DNA of 64,000 bases from Camelus dromedarius (Eukaryota), in the NCBI RefSeq assembly GCF_036321535.1, contig NC_087436.1, positions 74,898,001 to 74,962,000 of the forward strand, written 5' to 3'. The notes under the pieces are model-generated. The model did not search any database. It worked only from the letters and a program-made list of their open reading frames with translations, and was not told the origin of the DNA. Shown piece by piece: positions 1 to 13,790 of the stretch. Made by a program: the position numbers and the translations under genes. Position 1 is the stretch's first letter; each line of letters opens with the position of its first letter.

Positions 1-425
1 GCTTTAGAAGCTGCACGCATAGTCCCTGGAGCACTGGGCCGTGGACCACACTGAAGATCTGATTCCAGGTGAAGAATACAGGCCATCTTGCCTGGGTGAT
101 CATGGTCTGTTCAGAGGACCGACCACTCAGCACACTTTCCTTCAGTCAAGACTTTAAAAGCTCATTCAACTTCAGCTACAAATTCATTTTCAATGTATTC
201 AATGACAAGAGGGGGGATTAATTAGCCAGCTTGTTCCTTCTTCATTTATCATTTTCTCATTAATTTCATCTCAAATTATCTCCATCTACCAGCTTAGGGT
301 GGGGTAGCATTAAAATAATTTTAGTAACAAGATTTGTAGATAATTTTATAGAAATTTAAAAATGCAGAGAATCAAACAGTGAATTTCCACAATTCTACCA
401 TCTCATCTTGCTACTATTAACAACT

Positions 426-812
426 TGTATTAGTTTGCTAGGGCTGTCATAAAAATTACCACAGACTGAGTGACTTGAATAACAGAAGTTGATTTTCTCA
501 CAGTCCTGGAGGCTAGAAGTCCAAGACAAGGTATTGGCAAGGTTGGTTTCTTCTAGAGCCTCTCTCCTTGGTCTGTAAATGGGTGTCTTATCCCTGGGTC
601 TTCATGTGGTCTTCCCTCTGTGTGTATCTGTATGTAAATTTCCTCTTCTTATAAAGACACCAGTCCTATTGGTTTAGAGCCCACCCTAATGACATCACTT
701 AACCTTAAGTACCTCTCTAAAGACCCTTCTCCAAATACAGTCACATTCTGATGTACTGGGGATTAGGACTTCAACATATAAACTTTGAGGGAACACACTG
801 CAGCCTATAACA
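426..812 (-). mobile_element. MaLR solo LTR (MLT1A/B-like)
   Basis: Begins tgtattagtttgctagggctg and ends cagcctataaca, the reverse complement of MLT1 termini; near-TSD caact/ctact. Confidence 0.9.
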
Positions 813-1156
813 CTACTTTAGTATATATTCCTATGTATCTGAATCATAAACATTTTTACTTTGTGAAATTGGATAATGCATTAGATAATATATATTAATA
901 CACTAAATAAAAATTTTTTCTATGTTAAATATTCATGAAATAGGTTTAGTGACTAAATGCCAACTCAACCTAAAATAGATCTTCATATTATCAAGTGTTT
1001 CACGTGGTAAAATATGATGTATGTCTTAGCTTAATCCTAAGGATGGTGATGGTGATGACAGTAGGTAAATAGAAAAGGAAAATGATAGAAAATACATTCA
1101 AGAGGGAGAAGCCTGGGGTAACTTGAAATCTGGATAAAGTGACACTGAAAGGGACC

Positions 1157-1560
1157 CATTCATTCACCAAATCTGCTGGTTTATTAAATACTTGGCGCTT
1201 AGCCCAGGTGCCGAGGCTTCAAGTGAGAAAAGACACAAGGTCCCTGGCCTGATGGAGTCTGCACAACATGATGTAAGTGAAGATGGTGACAAGAAACAGA
1301 TAAGTAAAACTGCAGACTTGGGTAAACGTAACAGAGGGAGACCAGAGCCACAAGAGAGACTAACAGAGGACCAACTTAAGGAAGTCAAGGGAGACCTTTC
1401 TGAAGCAGTGGCCTTTAAGCTGAGACTCAGAGTTGAAAAGAGCCAGCCACATGGGGATCCAGGCAGACTGGTCACAGAGCCATTGTGTTTGCTGGCCAAA
1501 CGAGAAGAGTTTGACGTGCTGAAGATGCTGACAGAGGCCAGTGGGGCTGGAAAATGGTGG
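1157..1560 (-). mobile_element. LINE-2 3' fragment
   Basis: cattcattcaccaaat tail motif followed by L2-like aagacacaaggtccctggcctgatggag; explains the overlapping chance ORFs. Confidence 0.65.
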
Positions 1561-1682
1561 GCAAGTTGGTTTCCTTTTGTGAATATCAGGGACTGGAACT
1601 TTGGCAAACAAGACCCTAAGAATGAGTGAGCAAGCTGGCAGGTAGACTTTGCTTGTATTAAACATTTTTAAATATGCCTGTG

Positions 1683-2555
1683 ACACATTTCACCAAAGAA
1701 GACATACAGATGGTCAATAAGCATGTGAAAAGATGCCTAACATCATTAGTTACAGGGAAACACAAAACCACTGATAGAGAGCACGACACACCCGTGAGAA
1801 CAGCTAAAATGAAAACCAGCTGTGATGCCAAAGGCTGGTGGGGAGAAGCAGAGACTGGGTGGATAACTCATACATTGCTGGTGGGAACATAAAGTGATAC
1901 AGCCACTCGAGACAACAGTTTGGCAGTTTCTTTAAAAACTTAATAAGCAGCTACCATATGACCCAGCAATTGCACTCCTGGGAATTTATCCCAGACAAAT
2001 GAAGATTATGTTTACACACAAAAACTGGAATATGATGTTTATAAGAGCTTTATTTCTAACAGCACAAAACTGGAAACAAACAAGATGTCCTTCAACAAGT
2101 AAACGGTGAAACTGTGGTACATCCACAGCATGGAATACCACTTAGTAATAAAAAGAACAAATTATTGACACACTCAACCACCTGGTTGAATCTCCAGAGA
2201 ACTATGCTGAGTGGAAAAAGCTGATCCCAGAAGCTTATATACTGTTATGATTCCACGTAGGTAACATTCCTTAAATGACAAATTACAGAAATGGAGGACA
2301 AATTAGTAGTTACCAGTCGTTAAGAAGGGGGTGGGGCAGGAAGAAGTATGTGTGGTTATTTCAGGACAACATAAGGGATCCTTGTGTTAAGAAGAACATT
2401 CTGTATCTTCACTGCATCAGCATCAATATGCTGGTTACAATGTTGTTTTATAAGATCTTATCATTGGGGAAAATGGAAAACATGAGATCTCTATTATTCT
2501 TATAGCTGTGTGTGAATATACAATTATCTCAAAATAAAAAGTTCAATTTAAAAGA
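1683..2555 (+). mobile_element. Old LINE-1 3' end (L1MB/L1MC-like)
   Basis: ORF2 C-terminal remnant (HFTKEDIQMVNKHVKRCLTSL), gacccagcaattgcactcctgggaatttatccc, 3'UTR ending attatctcaaaataaaaag. Confidence 0.85.
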
Positions 2556-3275
2556 TATACCTCTAAGAGAAGTGGGGAGTTTGAGTTAGGATCTATTTCA
2601 AATTTTTCATAAATAACAGAAGTCCAAGCAGTGTAGATCTTAGGTGTGCCTCTTAACGTCTCATTTCCAGTTTCCATGCTTGCAAAATAATGGGGTTGGG
2701 CCATAAAGAGGTACTAAGGTCTCTTTTTGCTTCTTTAATTCCATGACTAGAGTGAAGTATATACATTTGTGGAACCTTGCTTTCAATGTTATCATATTTA
2801 TCGAAGACCTTCTGAAAATCTTTTTGAAACCAGCACTAACTGTATTTTCAGCATTACCTCAGAAGTAGAGCCGGCCTTCCAACCCTCCTGAAGACTGCTT
2901 TGCATACTATGGCAAGATTTCTGAAGTTATAAAAGGGAAACGCTGAGCAATTTCTTTCCTGAATAAAAAGCTCTTTCCCACCCATACTGTCCTCACAATA
3001 TCCTCTTTCCGAGAGAGAAAGAAAAAGAAAGAGAGAGAGGAGCAGGGAGGAAAGAAGTTCTTTCAGGGGACATACAAGGCATGGTCAAGAACATTCATTT
3101 TCACAGGAAGAATTGGGGGTATTTTAGGAACTTGGTTCTGAATCCATTTTTTTTTAAGCCTAGAGGGTACCTTGAATAACAGTTGTATAACATGCTGCTT
3201 CTTTTACATTTTCATAAATTTTTTAATACACTTCTTTCTCTGCTAGGCATGCCTCTCCGGTTGAGCCATACTCAT

Positions 3276-3867
3276 TGTGTACTTTCCAAAGATGACTGCA
3301 AAATCTCTCCCATCCCACATGCTTTTCTTACAATGTGACCTTGACATTTCTGCCATAAAGTGTTGTCATCTATATTCTCTCTCCTTTAATCTGGGCAGAG
3401 CTTTGTGACTATTTTGACCAAAAGAGCTCGATGGAAGTGGCACTGTGCAACCCCCAAGGCTAGAACATAAAAATGTCAAGCATGTCAATCTGCTTTCTTG
3501 GGGACACTCACTGTTGGAACCCAGATGCTATCTGTGAAGAAGCCCAAACTCGCATAGGTGGGGAGGCCAACAGTGAGTCCATATGGAGATATTTTGGCCA
3601 AATATTCATCTAAAGTCCCAGCCAATAACTAACATCAGCTGCTAGACATGTGAGTGAACATGTCTTAAGATAATAAGCTCCCAGCTGTGAAGCCACCTTT
3701 AGCCTTGAGTTCCAGATAAGATCCTAAACACAGTGGAGCAGAGAGAAGCCATCCCCACTATGCTCTGTCTGAATTCCTGACCCAAAAAATTTGTGAGCCC
3801 AATAAAATGGTAATTTTATACCACTAAATTTGAGATAATTTGTTAAGCAGCAATAAATAACTATACA
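3276..3867 (+). mobile_element. MaLR solo LTR (older MLT1F/G/H-like)
   Basis: TG...CA termini; MLT1 end ctgaattcctgaccc...aataaaatgg...gcagcaataaataactataca. Confidence 0.8.
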
Positions 3868-4293
3868 GCACATTAGAATAAATACCCTAGTTTCCCTCTC
3901 CTCCCTGAATCTTCTGCTGGGGCCCCTCTACTGGTCAAAATCCACTGGAATCCAGGGAGAAAGGGAGCCCACTGATGCAGCCTGTGTAAGTCGGCTTCCT
4001 GGGCAGTAAGCAGAGTAAAGTGCACATCTGGAGAGACCGGCAGATAACCAGCATGGTTGGGAGTCTCATTTATATTCTGCCTTATTTCCGTGATGATGTA
4101 AGGTAAACAAGATGAAAGTTGGGATGCCTAGATTTGGTCTACAATAGGATAAATAGTAATCAGCAATACTTTAACCATCCTTTAGTTGAATCTGTAAAAT
4201 GACGGGTTTGAAGTAATTAATTTTCAAGCTCCCTTTCAGCTCTGGCATTTATCATGAAAAACTACCAGAACTCAGTCATTAAGAGCATGGACT

Positions 4294-6034
4294 ATGGTTC
4301 CATACCACCCAAAGCCATCTATAGATTCAGTACAATTCCTATCAAAATTCCAAGTTGATTTTTCATAGAAATAAAAAAAACCCCAATAATCCTAAATTTC
4401 ATATGGGACCACAAAAGACCATGAAGTCAAAGCCATTATGAGAAAGCATATAAAACTGGAGGAATCACATTTCCTGGTTTCAAACTATACTACAAATCTA
4501 TAATAATCAAAGTAATATGATACTGGCATAAAAAATGGAGACATAGACCAATGGAACACAATTTAGAGACTAGAAATAAACCCTCACATACATGGTTAAC
4601 TAATATTTGACAAAGTTGCCAATAATACTCAGTGAGGAAAGGATAAATGGTGTTGGGAAACTGGATAACCATACGCAGAAGAATACAATTCAATCCCTAT
4701 CTTATACCATTCACAAAAATTAACTTGAACTGGATTAAAAATTTAAACATAAGAACAGAAACCATAAAATTCCTAGAAGAAAGCATGGGGAAAAAAGTTC
4801 CTTGACATTGATCTTGGCAATAATTTTTTGGATGTAACTTCAAAAGCACACAGAAGCAAAAATTAATCAATGGAAGTACATCAAAAGAAACAATCAGCTA
4901 AATGAAAAGGCAACATATGGAATGGGAGAAAAATATCTGCAAATCATGATAAGGGGTTAAGATCCAAAGCATATAAAAAACTCACACAGCTTAAGGCCAA
5001 AATCCAAATAATCTGATTTTTAAATGGGCAAAGGACCTGAATAGACTTTTTTTTTTTTAAGAATACATACAAATGTCAACAGGTACATGAAAAGGTGCTC
5101 AACATCACTAACCAGGGAAATGCAAATCAAAACCACAGTGAGACATTACTTCATACTGTTAAATGGCTGTCATAAAATATCAAGGGATAACAAGTGTTGT
5201 AGAGGTTGTTGAGAAAAGGGAACCCTTGTGCACTGTTGGTAGGAACATAACCTGGTACAGCCACCATGGAAAATAGTACGGCAGTTCCTCAAAAAATTAA
5301 AAATAGAACTACCATACAATCTAGCAATTCTCCTTAGGGGTATATATCTAAAGGAAATGAAAACAGGATTTTGAAGAGATATCTGCACTCCCATATTCAT
5401 CGCAGGATTATACAAAATAGCCAAGATGTGGAAAAAACGTAAGTGTCCATCAATGTATGAATGGATAAAGAAGACATATACATATGTGTATATGTAAATA
5501 TATAAATATATATAAATACAAACACACACACACAACGGAATATCATTCAGCCATGAGAAAAAGGGAAATTTTGCTTTTGCAGTAACTTGGATGAAACTTG
5601 AGGGTATTATGCTAGATGAAATAAGTCAGCCACAGAAAGACAAATACTGTATGATATCACTTATATGTGGAATCTAAAAGAAGCCAAACTCATAGAAAGT
5701 AGAATGGACTGGGAGGGTGGTAGAAGTGGGGAGATGCTGGTCAAAGAATACAAATTTCCAGTTATAAGATTAATAAATTCTGGGGGTCTAAGGTACAGCA
5801 TGGTGATTATAGTTAACAATACTGTATTATATACTTGAAAGTTGCTGAGAGAGTAGATCTTAAATATTGTTACCACAAAAAAGTGGCAATTTATATCACA
5901 TGATTGAGGTGCAAGCTAACACTATGGTGGTAATCATTATGCAATATACGAACACATCAAATCATCACATTGTACAGATTAAATTCACACAATATTATAG
6001 GTCAATCATATCTCAATTAAGCTGGGGGGAGGGG
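4294..6034 (+). mobile_element. 5'-truncated LINE-1 (L1MA9/Laurasiatherian type) inserted in a MIR
   Basis: Degenerate ORF2 3' third plus 3'UTR (gttaacaatactgtattatatacttgaaagttgctgagagagtagatctt); TSD aagagcatggact (4281-4293) / aagagcataaact (6035-6047). Confidence 0.92.
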
Positions 6035-6275
6035 AAGAGCATAAACTCAAAAGCCTGTCTGCTTGGATTCAAGTCCTGGCTTGTTGTTAATTAGCTGTGG
6101 AAGTTTGGATAACTCCCTTAGCCTCTCTGTGCTTCAGTTTCTTCACCTGTAAATGGGAGTGAAAATATTGCTCACTTTATGAGTTTCTTGTAAAGGTTAA
6201 ATGTGCTAGTCAGGGTAAAGCACTTAGCATGGTGCTGGGTGAGAATAAATGCTCTATAAGTGTTAGACAGTATTG
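6035..6275 (+). mobile_element. MIR SINE
   Basis: Core cctctctgtgcttcagtttcttcacctgtaaatggg...gtaaagcacttagcatggtgctgg. Confidence 0.85.
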
Positions 6276-6917
6276 TAACAGAGGAGGGGTAGATTACAGG
6301 GTCAAACTGTGATGGGGAAACAGGAGATGAAAAAGTAGCAACATTTTTTTCCTTTTCCTTTTTAACTTTTCCTTTGAAAAGTTAAACAGTGACTGCAGTA
6401 GATAAGAAGCTACCCAGGGCTACAGGGGTCACAGGGTGAGAGGAGTCCTAGAATGGCATCTAGCTGTACTGCCTACCAGATATCTTAGGGAAAACCAGCC
6501 CTCTAACTGGAGGCAAGAAAGGTCTTAAGCTATAATTAGGTATTTTATTTCCTCATTCTGCATCATATAACACAGTCCTAAGGAGGATGCTAGCTATGCA
6601 AAATATTTCTTCACTTCCAGGATGTGGTTTGTAGCAGCATTCAAAATTTTTTTTTTATTCAAACAGAATGATGGGTATTTTTCAGTTTCAACTGTGAAAC
6701 AGTTCTTGATTCATGTCTTTAATATAGTTTTTTTTTTTTTTTTTGCCAGGAACAGTATACTAAAATAACCCAATGTTAAAACACAGTATTCAAACAAGCT
6801 CTTACAGCATGTTCATTCTTAGGGAGTGAGCATAGTTCTAATGATGTTTAGCTTTCTGATTCTGACTCCAGTTTCAAAAAGGAGAATAAATTAGCACCTA
6901 TAAAAGGAAAGCTGTTT

Positions 6918-6948
<31 letters not shown>

Positions 6949-8439
6949 TTACATCAGTCTCCTTCCCAGGATAATTCCTAGTCTACAGAACTTATAGCCT
7001 AAGGAGGGAGGACAGGAAGTTTGCACAAATAAGATTTTTGCCTTTGCTACAATTTCTTTCAAAAAGGTTATAGGAGAGAGAGTAAAAGAAATCTGCTGTT
7101 AATACTAATGGTAATGATAGAGCTAGCACTTACTGAGCTGGACACTGCTCTGAGCACTTCACACATGCAGGTTTGTAGTGCAGTCTTTCGCACACAGAAG
7201 TTCAGCATTGCTTGAATGAAAATTGCTAAGCATCAACGGTCATCTTCCCTGGTTCGTTTTATCTCCTCTCGGAGACAGACAGCTGACTAGGGCACATTTT
7301 GTTTTGCAGCTGTTTCTCTCCATCCTCTACAAACGCTGAGATGTTCTTTATTTTTCTTCTATATTTAAAGTCTTAAGCACAGGGGCTCAAAAATTTTGAA
7401 TAACACACTGAACACACAGTTTATTCACTAGAGAGGAAAGCAGGCAGAGCAGGAGAGTTACTCATGCAGACTTTTCTTGTGTGAAAAAGGGTCGAGTTTC
7501 TCTAGATCTCAGCACTATTTCACCCACCTCCTGGTCAGCCACACAGTCACTCTTGCAATTCTTGGGCAGGACACCTGTGGCTCAGTTCATAGCCAACTTA
7601 GGCTGCCCTGGAAGCTTTCATAGAGTTCTCTTCCCTTCTCAGTCTTATTAAACATTTTCTTAACACTCAGTGAAGAATGACTCATGATTGTTTATCTTGA
7701 AGGTGTAACAGTAAATTGCTGAGAGGTTTATTTGGTGTACTGCACATTTTTTCTTTCTTTCATTCTTTCTTTCTTTCTTTTTTTTTCTTTTTGGTGGGGG
7801 GTGGGTAGGTATAGACTCTTCCTGGGAAAAAGAAATCAGAAAATATTTCCTTTTCTTGGCACTCATCCCCAACTTCCTCCCTTGCACTGTAGAAGCCAAA
7901 GTTGACTAGGTTGGTTTATTTGAAGAGAAAGATGGTAAGGGCTCTGTGCTTTACGAGTAGATGAGGAAATTCTGGTTCACTCTGATGAGGCTCACTAGTG
8001 ACGGGCAGAGCCACTGGCAGAGACAGTTGCCTGGATACGCACGGGAAGCTCTAACCATCTCAGCCTTGCAGTCTCCCATGGAGGGCCCACGTCTGAGCTC
8101 AGCAGTAGGGGAGGGAACAACCAAGTCTCACCAAACCTGGCAGCTTTCCACTGAGCCATGTGGGCCTGGGCAAAGACCAACGGCAATGACATCGAAAAGT
8201 GATTAAGAACCAACAGTCTCCACTATTTTCCATGATCATTAGCTCAGAAGGGTCATAAAAACAGAGACATATTGGCATTTCTATCAACCCTGATGAGAGA
8301 AGAAACTAGCTTGATAGAACTCTTTTTAGAAAATAGACACATAATATTTCTTGCATTCCACGTTACAGAGCAATTGTTATCTCCCTCAGCTTTGTGTCAT
8401 TTATGTGGCAAATTTTAATGTATTTAATAACAAGATACA

Positions 8440-10995
8440 AAGCACTCAATAGAATGACTGAGGGTACAGCAAAATCCAACTATTTTCTGTTTGCAAGAAA
8501 CCTTTCATAAATAATTTTTTAAACCCTATTAAATTAAAGTAGAAGGATAAAAAATATACCTTGCAAAGATTTATTTTCAGAAAACTAGAGTGATACCTCA
8601 GGACAAGAAATATGACTAGAGATAAAGAGAAACTTCTCATAGTGAAACTGAGTCATTTCATCAAGAAAATATAATCATAAATGTGTTTATAACTAGTTAC
8701 TTCAAAAATACATGAAGCAAAACCTGACAGAACTGAAACTAGAAACAGATAAATACAGTAATACCTGGAAAAGTTCAACTCTCTTTTCTCAGTAATTGGT
8801 AGAATAGAAAGAAAATTCCTTAAGAAAACAGAAGAATGAAATAGCAATATCAGCTGACTTGAGCTAGATGTTTATAGAACATTTATAGAACACTTCACCC
8901 CAAAACAACAGAGTATGTATATACTATTTTCAGATGCACATGGATCATTCACCAAATCAGACCATATACTGGACTGCATAGAGTCTGAAGAAATTTAAAG
9001 CACTGAAGTCATATAGAATGTGTTCTCTGAGAACAGGGTAAATTAGAAATCAGTAACAAAGGGTCACTGAAAAATGCACAGATATTTGTAACTTAAACAA
9101 CACATTTCTAAATAATCCATATATCATACAGTCTATCACAAGGAATATTAGGATGTATTTTATCTGAAAAATAATGAAAATGCAACACATCATAATTTGT
9201 AGGATGTAAAGCATTGATTAGAGGGAAATTTAGAGCTTCAAGTGCTTATATTAGAAAAGAACAAAACTTTAAAATCAATAACGCAAGATTCCACATGAAA
9301 AAGCAAGGAAAAAGAACAAATTGAGCCGAGAGTAAGTAGAATGTGAGAAACAATAAAAATACAAATGGAATCATGAAACAGAAAACACAAGTTACAGGGG
9401 AAAAAAATCAATGAAACCAAAAGCTGGTTCTTTGAAAAATTATTAAGCCTCTAATCAGACTAGTCAAGAAAAAAGAAGATACAAAAGATTAAAATCAGGA
9501 ATAAAAGAAATAACTTCACTCTAAGATATTAAAAGGATACAAGGGGACTATTATGAACAAATTTATGCAATAAATTGGACAAGTTAGATGAAACAGACAA
9601 ATTCCTTGTATGACACAGCTACAAAACTAACATTAAAAGAAACATTTTAATAGCTCTGTATTTATTAAAGAAAATGATTGTGTCCAAGTAATTCAATTGC
9701 AGAAAGAGCGTTTTTTCAACAAATAGCACTTGAACAACTGGATAACCATATGAAAAAATATGAACTTCAACAACTTCACACCAAATGTAAAAGGTAACGA
9801 AATTGAATATAAACTGAAATGTAAAAACAAAAATTACATAATTGCTACAACAAAACATAAGAAAATATCTTCACAAACTTGGGGAAGACAAAGACTTCTT
9901 GGATATGAGATGAAAGCACAAAATATGAAAGAAAAAGATTAATAAAAGGTCTATCATAATTAAATACTTTTGGCAAATATCAACTTTGAGAAAATGAGAA
10001 AACAACCCAAAACAGACTGGTAGAAAATATATTCTTTACATATATCTGATGAAGGACTTGCATCCAGAATATATAAAGAACATTTACAGCTTGATAATCA
10101 GATGACAATAACCCAGTTTTTAAATTGGGCTGATAATTTGATCCTTAAAATAAAGAAGATATGAGATTGGCCAATAGATAGACAAAAAGATGCTCAACAT
10201 TCTTAGCCACCAGAGAAATACAAGTTAAATCACGACATATTATTATAAATCCATAGAATGGCTAAAAAGAAAAGCAGAAACAAAATCTGAGACTACCAAA
10301 TGGTGAGAATATAGAGCAGTTAGAACTCTCATATAGAGATGGGGCAAATATAAAATGGCACAACCACTTTGCAATAGAGTTTGGCAGCTCCTTATAAAGT
10401 TAAATTTACATTTGCCATTTACATTTGCCATATCTACTCCTAAGTATATAACAACAAGAAATGAAAACATATATCCTCACAAAGACAACTGTACATAAGT
10501 ATTCATAGCAGCTTTGCTCATAACAGCCTAAAACTGGGGACAACCCAAATGTCAATTAATAGGTGAATGGTTAAACAAATGGCATATCCATATAATAGAA
10601 GCCTGCTTGATAACAAAAATCAACAGACTATTAATGCACACACTGTGGATTTCAAAAACACACTAAATGAAAGAAGCCAGACACCAAAAAATATATACTG
10701 TATGATTCCTTTGATGTGAAATTTTAGAAGAGGAAAATTAATCTATAGTGACAGAAAAGAGATCAGCAGTTATTTGTGTCTGGTGGGGTGGGGATGGATA
10801 TTGATGATAAAGAGGCATGAGGGAACTTTTGGGGGTAATGGAAATATACCATACCTTGATTGTAATAACTAAATGACTTGATTGGAATAACTAAATAACT
10901 TGATTAGGGTGGTAGGTACACAGATGAATACCTATCAAACTGTAAACTTAAAGTGGATGCATTTTATCATATGTATATTAAAGTTGATTTTTAAA
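8440..10995 (+). mobile_element. Old, internally deleted LINE-1 (L1MD/L1ME-like)
   Basis: Heavily decayed ORF2 segments (aatcaatgaaaccaaaagctggttctttgaaaa; aaattggacaagttagatgaaa) and a 3'UTR ending aaagttgatttttaaa. Confidence 0.85.
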
Positions 10996-11112
10996 TCTTT
11001 GCAAAAATAGGCTTATAAAAGTACTAAAATATAAGGAAATCTTCCATTTAAAGACATAAAATATAAAGATAAATCCAGAAGATTAGGTCTACCATCCAAG
11101 AAAATGGGAAAT

Positions 11113-11598
11113 GGAGCTTCCCCAAGATGACAGAGTCAGAAGACCTGTACCCACCTCCTTCCATGGGCACACCAAAATTACAGCCATTTACAGAGCAACT
11201 ATGAGAATGATTTGAAGACTAGCAGATAAGATTTTCCATAACTAATGATCTAAAGAAGGATACATAACAAAATAGATAGGAGGGGCGGAGATGTGATATA
11301 GTCAGGACCTGCACCCCAGGGTTGGTTACCCCAAAACAAGAGGAATATCACAACTACAGAGGTTCTCTCCAAGAAATGAGTGGGTTGAGCCCCAGATATG
11401 GCTCCCCAGATCAGGTGTCCTACACTGGGCAGATGAACACCCAGAAGGTCTGGCACTGAAAACCATCGGGACCTACATTTGGAAGAGCCAGAGAACTGTA
11501 GGAAACAGAGCTACCACTCTTAAAGAGTGCATGCAAAATCTCATACACTCCAAGTCACAGAACAGGGCAGTAGTTTGAAAGGAGCCTGGGTCAGACCA
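11113..11598 (+). mobile_element. Isolated LINE-1 5'UTR fragment
   Basis: Starts ggagcttccccaagatgacagagtcagaagac, resembling the ccaagatggcg YY1-type L1 start; continues as Laurasiatherian L1 5'UTR-like sequence and stops abruptly. Confidence 0.7.
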
Positions 11599-12911
11599 TC
11601 CATTACCCTTTTGTTCCTGCCATACATTACTAAAATTGCTCCTACTTGGCTTCAGATGATTGTCCTCTATAGTGTGCATGTGGGGGTGGGAGTGGAGCTG
11701 GAGGGATGTCCTAATATTAGTGAGCCCAGTTTTGTACTGGCATTTGCTACTGTCAACCCTGGTCTGCTAAGGATTGCCAACACTGAACTTCTAACTGCTG
11801 CTAGTGACCCTTTTACCAGGGAGATCCTTATTGCTTCACAAAATAGTGTATCTTCTGGAACACAGATGTTTGGTGGGTTTTCCAGTCTTATGTGGAGTAC
11901 CCACTCTAGCATGTGTACTTCTCCCAGTCTTTTATTTTTTTTGTCTACCAACTGCCATGGCAACCCTGGTACTTCTTTTCCCGTTTAGAGTGAGCTATTG
12001 CTTTTTCCATGCTCTAAAGAGCCACCCTAGGAGTGTGTTTGCATCATCTCTTGGTGTCCTTGATTTTTAAATCACGTATCTTAGAAGAGCCTCTCAAATT
12101 GATAAACTCTGTTTACAAGCAATATTCCAGCATGCTCAGAAACCAACTCCATCCATAGTCTTCTGGTCATGTTTATAAAAGATGACTCAGTCTGGTAATA
12201 CCTTTGGGGTATGGTCCCTTTTCTGCCTTATCATGCCCAGCATTCCTCTGGCTGTGTTTACTGCAACTTACAGTTATAGACCTTGTGGCCAACTGGGTAG
12301 GTAGGGCCAGATCCTGAGATGGACATACGCTGTCCTGTAAGGAAAAGGCTTCTGCATTGTCTCTGAACAAGAGAGGATTGCTAACCCTGAATAGAGATGG
12401 GTATACTATCTCTGTATATCTGTAGGGCTCCTGGGAATCTGGAGATTCAAGATTTGGGGGTGTGGGGTAGCAACCCAGGTGTCCCCATCCCACATGTCAG
12501 GGTCTTATTTTTACTCAACCAGGGCCCTGCCCTTGGCATAGCAGATCTGCCTAGGCCGAGAGTCTAACCTCCACTGAAATTTGCTACTCTTATGCTAGTT
12601 CCTGGGCCTGGTCCTCAACTTCCTCAGCTCTTCTGCTGAGGGACATAAGAGGTTTATATGCTACTAAGGAGAACCTCTGCCTTCCACCCCTCTAGATTAT
12701 CTGTTTTCCAAAGCCTCAATTGAGTTAAAAAAAAAAAAACTCACCCAATTCTATTGTCTTTAAAGTATTTCCCTCATATTCCAGCACTAGCTAACATACT
12801 TTCTTCTACCAGCATACCCTCCAACTTCATTACCTGTGATCATTTTAGTTCCTACCCTACCACCTTGTGCCAAGAGCCACATGTCCTCCGCCTACTGTCT
12901 GCAATAGCACC
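11599..12911 (-). mobile_element. ERVL (class III, LTR16-associated) internal region, 5' part
   Basis: Directly follows an LTR16-like LTR on the minus strand and contains a gag relic. Confidence 0.8.
11667..12200 (-). pseudogene. gag: Degenerate ERV-L gag
   Basis: ORF 11667-11963 (PWQLVDKKNKRLGEVHMLEWV...PEDTLFCEAIRISLVKGSLAAVRSSVLAILSRPGLTV) follows the HERV-L-type Gag pattern PW..V.....RL.E..MLEW...PED..F...R...V.G......SSV.A.L.RP.LTV; disrupted upstream. Confidence 0.8.
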
Positions 12912-13332
12912 TGTCACAGGTTGCTTCTCCAGTAAGAAGACTCTAAGACAGAAATTACTATGCAGGAGGTTTATTAGGGAGTGCCCTTAGGTTCAACACT
13001 TGTGAAAGAAAAGGAAAGAAACAGGATTGAGCAAAAGGAGAAACTGAGATGGGATGCTGTCTAAATGAAGCTTTAGTAGACCCTGATGATTCAGTAGACC
13101 TCTGGAGATTTCTGAAGATGGACTGATCCTTCAGAGCTGTTCATAATTGCAGTGAGAAGGCTCAACTGACATCCCTGTGTCAACAGTCACTGGCTATGGA
13201 CTACCCAGAGAAGGGGTATGACTTTGAGCAGGTTGCTCTCTTCAGCTAGAAGGAACTCCCAGTGTGGTGGGTTACAGCTCCTTTATTCTGAGGGGGGATT
13301 TGGGCAGCACATCTAGCAACCACCCACCCACA
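12912..13332 (-). mobile_element. LTR16-like 5' LTR of the ERVL provirus
   Basis: tgtcacaggttgcttctccagtaagaagactctaagac...aggaggtttattagggagtgccc (reverse-strand poly(A) signal) ... cacccaca. Confidence 0.8.
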
Positions 13333-13534
13333 TTTTTCTTCTATGAAAGAGCACATGCATGTGTATTACTGACAGTATAACCTGAAGCTACATGCTCCCA
13401 GGTATCTTGGGGCTCCAGTCTTCGTGACCCCCTTCACCTCCTAGAACTCCCTGGTCAGAAGCACTGCTGTGACTACAATGAGGTTTCTTCTTTCAAAGAA
13501 ATTTTGCTGGCCTTTCTCCTTTCTGTTTTGATTA

Positions 13535-13790
13535 TGTTAATAGGTACTGTTTGTCAAACACTTATCTATTAACTAGGCCCCGTGCTAAGGAATATACACG
13601 AATTAACTTCCATGGATTATCTCATTTACTCAGCCCTTCAATCCTATTTAGAAAACATGAAATCATCATTTTATGAACTAGAAAGGAAATTCAGAGGGAA
13701 TAGTGTTTCCAAGTCACACAGCTATTTCTTATTGAAATCGGTGTGTGAACCCAGATCTGACTCCAAATTCCATATTCTTAGTGCTGATGC
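13535..13790 (-). mobile_element. MIR SINE
   Basis: ccaagtcacacagcta...tgaacccagatctgactccaaa. Confidence 0.7.

Noticed and set aside
1164..1686. Overlapping 108-147 aa ORFs
   Set aside because: They lie in a decayed L2 fragment; no recognisable domain or splice structure
10855..10905. 22-bp tandem duplication in an old L1 3'UTR
   Set aside because: Ordinary slippage duplication; no spacers, not CRISPR-like
11527..11988. 153-aa plus-strand ORF; domesticated gag (Fv1-like) idea
   Set aside because: The ORF is the antisense shadow of the gag relic; the gag frame itself is short, truncated and disrupted
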